DNA of 37,729 nucleotides from an uncultured Staphylococcaceae bacterium (GCA_964392865.1 CAYMRJ010000004.1:1-37729); one strand, 5' to 3'; positions 1 to 7,094 are shown, numbered from the stretch's first letter. A program made the numbers and translations. The notes: generated by a model not told the origin, from the sequence alone.

Positions 1-85
1 CATGCGGCATTCGCAGCCCTTCGTCACCACTCATGTGCAGATTTCAGTTCAAAATTTTTCCTCAATCTCTATTTGCAAAATGGAA

Positions 86-113
86 ACGGCCAAAGTGACT
101 GGCCTTTGTTTTT
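86..113. terminator. Possible hairpin terminator downstream of the T5orf172 gene
   Basis: A short stem ggcca(88-92)/tggcc(100-104) is followed on the + strand by tttgttttt. On the minus strand it is followed by a weaker T-rich stretch. Confidence 0.3.
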
Positions 114-129
114 GGAAAAGACGAGTTTC

Positions 130-1611
130 CTACTGTACCTGGAGCCCCATCTCCCCCATTTTCTCTTCCCAAAGGGCCCGGAGGGTTTTGCTTTGGTAGA
201 GGGACTCCAGATGCGTATAGGCATCCGGGCCCTTATGTCCCGTGGCCAATGAAATGAACTCCTCGGGAGGCATTTCCTGATTCTTATATTTCACGACGTT
301 GGTATCGACTATGATGGCCGCCTCTTCTGGACGCTCTACCGAAGCGATCCAATCTCCGATGTTCAAGGCCTCATGCTCCAAGAGCCAGGAGAAGGTCGGA
401 TAGGGAGGATTGTAAGATGAGGCCTTGGACGGGGTTCCACTACTCGATTTGGCGGTAGCCTTGGCGGAAGCGGCGGCTTTGGCTGCCTTCTTTCCTTTTA
501 GCCCAAGGGCCTCCATCTCCTCTTCCCATAGGGTCCAGAGGCTCTTCGAACCGGAACCCATGGTCAGGTTCTTGTAGGTATTGATCGTCTGGTTCCCGGT
601 CGCGACCCTGGCAAAGGCCGGAGGCGTCATGGCCTTCCCTTTGTAGCGCACCGTGCTTTCGGAAACGACGGTCGCGCCCTCCATGGGATCATCAATCAGG
701 AAAACTTTATCGCCGACGGAAACGATGCCATGGTCGACGAGCCAGGAAAACGTCGGAAAAGGCGGATTGTTGCCGCTAACGGTTTTCTTGGCCGGCTCTT
801 CTTTCTTCTTGGCTACGGCCTTTGCCGGAGCGGCTTTCTTGATAGGCTCGGCCTTCTTCTCCGGCAGCGGACTATTTTCGCCGTTAGAGCGGATTCCCGT
901 CTTGGCCTCGTAGATCTGGCGGAGGCTCTTCTGTCCCCAGAGGGGATAAAGATTGCCGAACGCATCGACCTTCGATGTCCCCATGGCCTTCCAAACGAAC
1001 ATCTCCGGGGTCATGCTCTGCCCCTTGTAGCTTAGCGTATCGGCGGAAATGATCCTCGCCGTTTCCTTCTTGAAATTCCCCGAGAGCCTCAGGCTTTCCC
1101 CGATCATCAAGGTGCCTTGGGCGATGAACCAGGATAGGGAAAGTTTCGGCAAGGACGACCCGGCCTCAGACGGGGCACCCCAGTTAGGCGTTGGCTTGGC
1201 TGCCGGTTCCTTAGCAACGGGAGGTTTGGCCTCTTCTTTCTTTTCGGGTGCCTTATTACCGCAGCGGACGACTTTCATCGAAGAGCCGAGCTGTCCCGAT
1301 AGCCGGGCCAAAAGGACGTAGGCCGCGCTTACGTCCATCTTGTGGTAAGGCCGCTCGACCTTGCGGCCGTCCACATAGTCGACGGCCCTTTCTCCCCCGA
1401 ATTTGTCGACCGCATACATGATGAGATCGTCATTGAGCTTTTCGTCCGTTTCGAAATAGGCATAAAGGGAAAAGGAATGGGGGATCCCTTCCAGAGAATC
1501 GAGTTCGGCCAAACGCCTATTGATGTCTTTGGCGTAGCCAAATCTCACGTATCCGGGGAAAGCGGGATTGGTGAGCAGATATACGCACCCCTTTCCCCTT
1601 AAGACCAACAT
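130..1611 (-). CDS. T5orf172/GIY-YIG-like domain protein with three tandem ~85-aa C-terminal modules (DUF4357-like)
   Basis: The N-terminus CVYLLTNPAFPGYVRFGYAKDINRRLAEL matches the T5orf172/GIY-YIG-like pattern. K/A/P/E-rich linkers separate three repeats of FSW(L/F).....(I/L).(I/V)GD......A.(I/V)(V/I)S..T(V/L).YKG..MTP..F......G......Y..L......K(S/T)L..(L/I)(W/Y)E. The ATG at 1611 has an AGAAGGGG RBS. The track start at 1665 is a TTG extension. Confidence 0.7.
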   Translation of the reverse strand: MLVLRGKGCVYLLTNPAFPGYVRFGYAKDINRRLAELDSLEGIPHSFSLYAYFETDEKLNDDLIMYAVDKFGGERAVDYVDGRKVERPYHKMDVSAAYVLLARLSGQLGSSMKVVRCGNKAPEKKEEAKPPVAKEPAAKPTPNWGAPSEAGSSLPKLSLSWFIAQGTLMIGESLRLSGNFKKETARIISADTLSYKGQSMTPEMFVWKAMGTSKVDAFGNLYPLWGQKSLRQIYEAKTGIRSNGENSPLPEKKAEPIKKAAPAKAVAKKKEEPAKKTVSGNNPPFPTFSWLVDHGIVSVGDKVFLIDDPMEGATVVSESTVRYKGKAMTPPAFARVATGNQTINTYKNLTMGSGSKSLWTLWEEEMEALGLKGKKAAKAAASAKATAKSSSGTPSKASSYNPPYPTFSWLLEHEALNIGDWIASVERPEEAAIIVDTNVVKYKNQEMPPEEFISLATGHKGPDAYTHLESLYQSKTLRALWEEKMGEMGLQVQ

Positions 1612-1671
1612 AGCCCCTTCTTTATATCCGCTTTGGGAGTAAGGCACAGCTAGGAAGGCGGGCAAAGCGGA

Positions 1672-1698
1672 TAAAAAAAGACCCCGGTTTCCGGGGTC
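1672..1698 (-). terminator. Rho-independent terminator of lipoprotein gene 1717-2511
   Basis: The minus strand reads gaccccgg-aaa-ccggggtc followed by ttttttt. Confidence 0.85.
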
Positions 1699-1716
1699 CT
1701 TTGGCTATGGCTCTAT

Positions 1717-2511
1717 TTATTCGGCCGAAGGATCGGTCTCGTAGAGGTGGCAGCCGTAGTTGGTGGAGCTGGTGGCGTAGCTGCTGTAACTGGAAGCCGA
1801 GATGGTGTTGTAGGTGCCGTAGGTGCCGAGGAAGTAGACGCCGCTCGTGGTGGTCATGCAGATGTAGGTCGTATCCTCATCGATGTACCAGCGCTCTTCC
1901 GGCTCGTCGGCGACCATGGTCGGGTTCACGTAGTTGCCGCTCACAACGAGGGTCAGCCAGTAGCCGTCATAAGAGGAGGTGCTGTCTTCGATCTGCATCG
2001 TGAAGCCGTCGGAGTATTCGGTGACGGCGATGGTGACGGCCTCATCGAAATCGGTGGTGGTGCCCCAGTAGTAGGTGTTCTGGTAGGTGCCGTTGAAGAA
2101 ATCCCACTGGGTGTTGGCGCCCTGGTAGACGCCGAGCTTCTTATAGGAAAGGACGCCGGCTTCCTTGACGGTGACGGTCAGGGTATCGGTGACTTCGGTT
2201 CCCTCTTCCGCGCCGTTGGCAGTGGCGGTGATGACGGCGGTGCCGGCATCGAGGGCGGTGATGGTCCCGTCTTCGACGGTGAGGATCGTTTCGTCATCGA
2301 CGGTCCAGGTGACGGTGGCGTCGGTAGCGTCTTCCGGGGTGACGACGGCGTAGATTTCGGCCGTATCCCCGACGGTCAACTCGAGCGTTTCGATCTCGGC
2401 GGTCCCATCGGTGATGGCGATCTCGGTGGCGTAGATGGTCTCCGTTCCGCAGCCGGCCAGCACAAGTGTGCCGAGCGCGAGAAGGGAGGCCAGCATGGCT
2501 TTGTTCTTCAC
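1717..2511 (-). CDS. Surface lipoprotein, family A (signal peptide/lipobox + Big_2 Ig-like domain + uncharacterised ~135-aa module)
   Basis: It has a GTG start and the signal peptide KNKAMLASLLALGTLVLAG|CG. The Big_2-like segment is LTVGDTAEIYAVVTPEDATDATVTWTVDDETILTVEDGTITALDAGTAVITATA. The C-terminal module runs YKKLGVYQ...WDFFNG...LYETDPSAE. Confidence 0.85.
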   Translation of the reverse strand: MKNKAMLASLLALGTLVLAGCGTETIYATEIAITDGTAEIETLELTVGDTAEIYAVVTPEDATDATVTWTVDDETILTVEDGTITALDAGTAVITATANGAEEGTEVTDTLTVTVKEAGVLSYKKLGVYQGANTQWDFFNGTYQNTYYWGTTTDFDEAVTIAVTEYSDGFTMQIEDSTSSYDGYWLTLVVSGNYVNPTMVADEPEERWYIDEDTTYICMTTTSGVYFLGTYGTYNTISASSYSSYATSSTNYGCHLYETDPSAE

Positions 2512-2565
2512 TATTCCAATTCTCCTTTGCTTAGGTACCCATCAGTGAATGAGCAGGTACAACGC

Positions 2566-2595
2566 ATTCTAAGGCGTTTGAAGACCCCCCCGCAA
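2566..2595 (-). promoter_or_regulatory. Sigma70-like promoter with a G7 tract at the -35/spacer junction
   Basis: The minus strand reads TTGCGG(2595-2590), an 18-nt spacer, then TAGAAT(2571-2566). A run of 7 G (C7 on + at 2585-2591) spans the -35 end and the spacer start. The architecture is the same as at 4089-4118. Confidence 0.6.
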
Positions 2596-2665
2596 GATGG
2601 GCGATGGGCGAAAGCAGGAGCCTCCGCAAGACGGCTAAAAGCTCATTCAACAGCATAGCAAATAA

Positions 2666-2693
2666 GGAAAAAGCCCCGGGGCGACCCGGGGCC
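2666..2693 (-). terminator. Rho-independent terminator of lipoprotein gene 2717-4033
   Basis: A GC-rich hairpin ggccccggg/cccggggc lies at 2673-2693 and is followed on the minus strand by a T run (A run 2668-2672 on +). Confidence 0.8.
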
Positions 2694-2716
2694 GAAATTC
2701 TCAATCGATCGCTGGA

Positions 2717-4033
2717 TTAGAGGGTCGGATCGACACTGTAAAGACGGGCGATGTAGTAGCTGCTGGAGGTTAGATTGCTCGTGTTGTAGGTGCCAAACGT
2801 GGTGTAGGTTCCGTTGCTGCCGATGAAAAGGTCGTTGGAACCGTTGTTGCCGACGATGGCATAGGCAGAAGATTCGATGGTCCAGGTGAAGGCTTCCTCT
2901 TGGGCAACCAAGTAGGTGCTGCCGGAAGTAAGGGCCAGATAGAATCCGTCGTTATCCCCTCCATCGAATTTGAGGGTGTATCCACCTTCGACGACATTGA
3001 CGACAACATCAACGGCCGTTTCGAAATCGGTAGTCGAAGACCAGAAATTGGTGCTCTTCGCCCCGGTGAAGTAGTAATAGCCGTCCCTTTGGGTCTGATA
3101 CATGCCGAGTTTGTAGCTGGTGCCGTCCTCGGGTTCGATGACGTATTCCAGAGTCGGGCCGTCTTCCGAAACGGTGACGGTCACGGTGTCGGCGACGGTT
3201 TCGCCTTCGGCGGCGCCGTTGGCGGTAGCGGTCAGGGTCGTGGTCCCGACCTTGACGCCGGTAAGGACGCCATCTTCGACGGTGGCAACGGTCTCATCGC
3301 CGACGGTCCAGGTCACGGTGGCATCGGTAACGTAAGCCGGAGTGACGGTAGCGCTCAAAGTGACGGTACCGTCGACGGCCACTTCGATGTCGCCGTTACT
3401 GATGGTGACATCGGTAGCATAGTAGGTCTCGGCGCTCGGATCGGTCTCGTAGAGATAGGCAGCGTAGGTCGTGGCCGAAGTGGCGTAGCTGGAATAAGAA
3501 GAAGCGCTGAAGGTGTCGAAACTATTGTAGTTGCAGATGAAAAGGATGGTTCCGTTATAGGATTCCTTGCAGATATAGCCGTAGGTCTCGTCGATGTACC
3601 AAAGGGCGCTTTCTTCGTCCTCGGTCACGCCGATGTAGTTGGCGCTATCCTGAAGGGTGATGAACTGCCCGTTGATGGAGCTGTCCTCATCGACGATCTG
3701 CATCGAGAAGCCGTCGTCGTATTCGGTAACGAGGAGGTCGGCGGCTTCGCTGAAATCCTGGGTAACGGCCAGATAGTTGCCGCTGGTTTCGCCGGCGAAG
3801 AAATCCCAGTTGCCGTTCCCGGCTTGGAAGTTCCCGAGCTTGTAATAGGTGACTTCGTCATCGCCTCCGCCATCGGTGGAGTCGGTGTCTTCGGTCGAAT
3901 CCGTGCTGTCGACGGTCTCGGTCGTTTCGCTTTCGTCCGTGGCGTCTGTGCTGTCCTCGCCCGTATCGCCGCAGCCGGCCAAAACCAAAGTGCCGATCGC
4001 GAGCAGGGAGGCAAGCAAAGCTTTGTTCTTCAC
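2717..4033 (-). CDS. Surface lipoprotein, family A (module - Big_2 - module)
   Basis: It has a GTG start and the signal peptide KNKALLASLLAIGTLVLAG|CG, followed by an acidic S/T/D/E linker. Module copy 1 runs YYKLGNFQ...LYETDPSAE. The Big_2 segment is VTLSATVTPAYVTDATVTWTVGDETVATVEDGVLTGVKVGTTTLTATA. Module copy 2 runs SYKLGMYQ...RLYSVDPTL. Confidence 0.85.
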   Translation of the reverse strand: MKNKALLASLLAIGTLVLAGCGDTGEDSTDATDESETTETVDSTDSTEDTDSTDGGGDDEVTYYKLGNFQAGNGNWDFFAGETSGNYLAVTQDFSEAADLLVTEYDDGFSMQIVDEDSSINGQFITLQDSANYIGVTEDEESALWYIDETYGYICKESYNGTILFICNYNSFDTFSASSYSSYATSATTYAAYLYETDPSAETYYATDVTISNGDIEVAVDGTVTLSATVTPAYVTDATVTWTVGDETVATVEDGVLTGVKVGTTTLTATANGAAEGETVADTVTVTVSEDGPTLEYVIEPEDGTSYKLGMYQTQRDGYYYFTGAKSTNFWSSTTDFETAVDVVVNVVEGGYTLKFDGGDNDGFYLALTSGSTYLVAQEEAFTWTIESSAYAIVGNNGSNDLFIGSNGTYTTFGTYNTSNLTSSSYYIARLYSVDPTL

Positions 4034-4088
4034 TATGTTTTCTCCTTTATATTAGGTACCAGCCGATAGTGACTAGCAGGTACGTGCC

Positions 4089-4118
4089 ATTCTAGAGCGT
4101 TTTAAGACCCCCCCGCAA
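4089..4118 (-). promoter_or_regulatory. Sigma70-like promoter with a G7 tract at the -35/spacer junction
   Basis: The minus strand reads TTGCGG(4118-4113), an 18-nt spacer, then TAGAAT(4094-4089). The G7 tract is C7 on + at 4108-4114. Confidence 0.6.
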
Positions 4119-4149
4119 GATGGCCTCAGCGCATATTAAAGAGGGTAAC

Positions 4150-4174
4150 GAAAAGGCCCCGGGAGACCGGGGCC
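4150..4174 (-). terminator. Rho-independent terminator of lipoprotein gene 4197-5426
   Basis: The minus strand reads ggccccgg-tctc-ccggggcc followed by tttt. Confidence 0.8.
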
Positions 4175-4196
4175 GCAAAGTCGCTATATGCGCTTA

Positions 4197-5426
4197 TCAG
4201 ACGGTGGGATCGGCCGCGTAGAGGTGGGCCGGGATGCTGGTAGCAGCATAAGTGAAGACGGAAACCCTGAGATCAGTATTGCTGCTGTAGGTGCCGATAT
4301 AGACTTGTTCGCTGGCGGAATTATAGGAATAGATCGCGTAGTTGTCCTCGGCATCGGCCATATACCAAACCGTGGCTTCGGTCTCCGAGAGGGCAGGATT
4401 GCGGTAGCTGCCGGCAGTGGTGGTGATGTAGGAATCGCCGACCTTCATGGTGAAGCCGCCGCCATCGACGAGGGCGATGGTGACGTCGGCAGCCTCGCTA
4501 TAGACCGTGGTCGTATCGAAATAGTAGCCGTTGCTGGTCATTTCCCCGTTGAAGAAATACCAATCGGGAGCGCTGAGGTTCGACTGGTAATAGCCGAACT
4601 TGTAGGTCCCTTCGGCAATCTCGGCATTGGTAACATAGTTATCTTCGACTTCTTCCTCTTCCACGACGATTTCTTCGATATAGGTCCGAGCCTTGAAGAT
4701 TTCGGGGTAGGCCATGGTGCCCCTGTAGCAAGAGAAGCGCGATTGGTTGGTGTTGGTGTTGTAGTTGATGCAGTAGTCGGAATAGCCGGAAGGAACGATG
4801 CTCACGGTGTAGTCTTCGCGCATCTCGATGGTCCATTCAAAGGCACTATCTTGGGTATTCAGGTTGTTGCCGCTGCCAGGGTAATAGAGGTAGCCATCGG
4901 AAACGGCGAGATAGAAAGTCCCTTCGGTTTCGCCTGCCTCGAGGGTGATAATGGCAGTAGAACCATCATAGATATACTCAGTCGTCTCGCTGGTCAGCCC
5001 TTCGACCTCGACGGACGCGCGGTAGGTGCCGTTCTGTTCGCCGATAGCCATGCCGTAGGTACGCGCAGTGATGAGAATCTGATCCCCGGCGGAAAGTTCG
5101 CTCGTATCGGTCACCAAAGTAACGGTGCCGTCTTCGTATTCGACGTCGCCGGTGTCGTCATCGTCGGTGTCGTCATCGTCGTTGTCGCCGGTGTCGTCAT
5201 CGTCGTTGTCGCCGGTGGAATCGGTCGAATCAATGGGATCGGTGGACTCGGTCGATTCGGTGGATTCCGTGCTGTCGGTGGATTCCGTGCTGTCGGTGGA
5301 TTCGACGGTTTCGGAGGTTTCGCTTTCTTCGGCGACCTCGGAGGTTTCGCTGGCTTCTTCGCCGCAGCCGGCCAGCACAAGTGTGCCGATCGCGAGCAAG
5401 GAAGCGAGCAAGGCTTTCTTCTTCAC
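4197..5426 (-). CDS. Surface lipoprotein, family A (long acidic repeat linker, diverged module, C-terminal module)
   Basis: The preferred start is GTG at 5426, giving VKKKALLASLLAIGTLVLAG|CG. It has an AAGGAG RBS 7-8 nt upstream, and this start and leader are homologous to the two paralogs. The track ORF start at 5504 adds an unlikely 26-aa extension. The C-terminal module runs TYKFGYYQ...WYFFNG...HLYAADPTV. Confidence 0.8.
   Translation of the reverse strand: MKKKALLASLLAIGTLVLAGCGEEASETSEVAEESETSETVESTDSTESTDSTESTESTESTDPIDSTDSTGDNDDDDTGDNDDDDTDDDDTGDVEYEDGTVTLVTDTSELSAGDQILITARTYGMAIGEQNGTYRASVEVEGLTSETTEYIYDGSTAIITLEAGETEGTFYLAVSDGYLYYPGSGNNLNTQDSAFEWTIEMREDYTVSIVPSGYSDYCINYNTNTNQSRFSCYRGTMAYPEIFKARTYIEEIVVEEEEVEDNYVTNAEIAEGTYKFGYYQSNLSAPDWYFFNGEMTSNGYYFDTTTVYSEAADVTIALVDGGGFTMKVGDSYITTTAGSYRNPALSETEATVWYMADAEDNYAIYSYNSASEQVYIGTYSSNTDLRVSVFTYAATSIPAHLYAADPTV
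5145..5310. repeat. In-frame tandem repeats encoding the acidic linker of the lipoprotein
   Basis: The unit ggtgtcgtcatcgtc(gttgtcgcc) is reiterated across 5145-5215, encoding GDNDDDDT-type repeats. The 18-bp unit ggtggattccgtgctgtc occurs at 5259-5276 and 5277-5294 plus a partial copy, encoding STESTD repeats. Confidence 0.8.
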
Positions 5427-5492
5427 TATTTCTTTCTCCTTTATAAGGACTGGCCAGTGAATGCCAGCCGGCATGAGTTTCTTATAGAAAGA

Positions 5493-5504
5493 CCCCCCCG
5501 TCAA
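5493..5504 (-). promoter_or_regulatory. TTGACG -35-like box fused to a G7 tract upstream of lipoprotein 4197-5426
   Basis: The minus strand reads TTGACG(5504-5499) followed by Gs, 7 G in total (C7 on + at 5493-5499). I could not find a properly spaced -10. TATAAG lies only 12 nt downstream. Confidence 0.3.
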
Positions 5505-5646
5505 TGCCCGAAAGGCTCTTTAATGCGTGAATGAAAAGAAAGCAACCATCGGGATTTTTTCACGCCGTGAGGCATCTTTGGAAACGATTTCGAATTGATC
5601 CCGTGCAAACCAAAGCGAAGCATTCCTTTCCAAAATTGAACTCAGA

Positions 5647-5672
5647 TAAAAAGGCCGGCTCCCTGCCGGCCT
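5647..5672 (-). terminator. Rho-independent terminator after gene 5701-6204
   Basis: The minus strand reads aggccggc-aggga-gccggcc followed by ttttt. Confidence 0.8.
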
Positions 5673-5700
5673 CCATTGCTATCTAATTCCGGATTTAAGC

Positions 5701-6204
5701 CTAAGGATTCTTCCTGCCTTTGAAGCACCAGACAAGCAGGGAGACCACTCCCACGACCCAAAAAAGAATCCCAAGCATGAAAGCGACTATCGAGAATATC
5801 TCTCCTCCGTTATATGACGAAGTGCCCCAGGCCAGACAGAAGAAACCCCCGCAAAGGATGAAATCGCAAAAGAAGAATATATTCTTCTTTTCGGCCGGGC
5901 TCATCTTGCGGACCGGGCGGCGCTTGGAAGGAATGTTGACCTTGGCGATTTCGGCGGTCTTGGCATCCTTTTCGGCCTTGGCCGCTTCGACGTCCCCGGC
6001 CCTTGCGTATTTCGAACACCAGCCACCGCACTTGACGAAGCCGTTCCCCTTTTCGGAGCGCTCGTTGGTGCAGAACCCTTCGGCATCGACCTTGAAATAA
6101 GGCATTCCCAAAAGGTTGCTTTCTTTCTTCCTTGCCCCGGCGTAATGGGCGCAGCTCCAGCACTTCTTCTCCCCGAGGCCGCTTTTTCTCTCGGTATCGC
6201 TCAT
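5701..6204 (-). CDS. Cys-rich (zinc-ribbon-like) protein with two C-terminal TM helices
   Basis: The N-terminal part is CWSC...C...C(GGW)C, followed by a Lys/Ala-rich linker. Two hydrophobic helices follow: NIFFFCDFILCGGFFCLAW and IFSIVAFMLGILFWVVGVVSLLVW. Its ATG overlaps the upstream TGA as ATGA at 6201-6204. Confidence 0.65.
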   Translation of the reverse strand: MSDTERKSGLGEKKCWSCAHYAGARKKESNLLGMPYFKVDAEGFCTNERSEKGNGFVKCGGWCSKYARAGDVEAAKAEKDAKTAEIAKVNIPSKRRPVRKMSPAEKKNIFFFCDFILCGGFFCLAWGTSSYNGGEIFSIVAFMLGILFWVVGVVSLLVWCFKGRKNP

Positions 6205-7094
6205 AGATCCTCTTCCCTCAAGGGAATGCTTATTTCGGGCTGGACGAGGCGCCAGATCCTGGCCCTGAGATTGTCGTCATAGCCATCGGAGACGAAGACG
6301 CCGGCAAAGCGCTTATGCCAGTAGCCGAAGGCATCGCGTTCCTTGACGAAGGTAATCCGCTTCTCCTTTGCCAAAGTGCTTTTTTCGGTCCATTTGATGA
6401 ACTCCTCGTCCCAACTGCGAACGCTGGGCCTTTCGTAGATGATCGAATGGCTCTTATTGAAGATGTTCTGCCAGCCCCGGCGGTCGGTCAGCGTCCCGTC
6501 CTCGCCCTCATAGCTGACGACTGGAAACCAAAGGTTCTTGTACATCCCCCTCTGATAGCCTTTGTAGTTCTTTCCATAGACGACGTTGATGATTTCCCTG
6601 TTGCTGGAAAAGCGATCGTCGATCCGGATGCTTCCTCTGGCCTTGATGGCCTCGAGCTTTTCCTCGTCGCTTTCCCATTTCAGAGGCTCCGAGCGCTTGG
6701 CGATCTTCTCCTTTATGATGGCGGCGACCCGATCCATTTCCCCGTTGATGCCCTCTAGATCCGTGCCATAGGCCTTGATCCGATAGAAAGCGACATCGGA
6801 AGCCAGCGTTTCGCCTTTGGCGGCCCGCTTGATCTCTTCTTCCCTTTTCCTATCGCTTTTGATGGCCTCTTCCCCGGCATGCTGGCCTTCGTCCACCTCG
6901 ATGGCAATCTCCAGCTGCGGGAGATAGAGATCGATGAGGCGATAGGACCCATTGTCCGAGGAAACGTACTTCTGGGTCTCGATCAAAAGGTCGGGATCGG
7001 CGATGCGGTGGTAGATCCCGTTGATGACGTAGTTCTCGTAGACCTTCTTCAAGCCGCGCCCGAGAGAATGGGCGACGTAGTCAAGTTTATCCAT
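6201..7094 (-). CDS. PvuRts1I/AbaSI-family modification-dependent (5hmC-type) restriction endonuclease-like protein
   Basis: It is 297 aa. The N-terminal part KKVYENYVINGIYHRIADPDLLIETQK....IDLYLPQLEIAIEVDEGQH resembles, from my memory, the Vsr-like nuclease half of PvuRts1I (HYIINRV.H.L.DPD...; LFPQL.L.LEIDE.HH). The C-terminal half (LWFPVV...; RFAGVF) resembles the SRA-like half. The length also matches the family. Confidence 0.65.
   Translation of the reverse strand: MDKLDYVAHSLGRGLKKVYENYVINGIYHRIADPDLLIETQKYVSSDNGSYRLIDLYLPQLEIAIEVDEGQHAGEEAIKSDRKREEEIKRAAKGETLASDVAFYRIKAYGTDLEGINGEMDRVAAIIKEKIAKRSEPLKWESDEEKLEAIKARGSIRIDDRFSSNREIINVVYGKNYKGYQRGMYKNLWFPVVSYEGEDGTLTDRRGWQNIFNKSHSIIYERPSVRSWDEEFIKWTEKSTLAKEKRITFVKERDAFGYWHKRFAGVFVSDGYDDNLRARIWRLVQPEISIPLREEDL

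Noticed and set aside
5427-5504. The N-terminal extension of the third lipoprotein ORF (MTGGSFYKKLMPAGIHWPVLIKEKEI).
   Set aside because: The GTG at 5426 aligns exactly with the GTG starts, RBS and signal peptides of the two paralogs. The extension would run through the conserved 5' UTR.
1747-5534. Long plus-strand ORFs antisense to the lipoprotein genes: 1747-2658, 2900-4069, 4188-5534 and smaller ones.
   Set aside because: Their products are Gly/Asp/Val/Arg-rich low-complexity mirror images of the minus-strand genes. They have no RBS or domain signatures. The minus-strand frames carry signal peptides, Big_2 domains and terminators. Such open antisense frames are typical of GC-rich, repeat-rich coding DNA.
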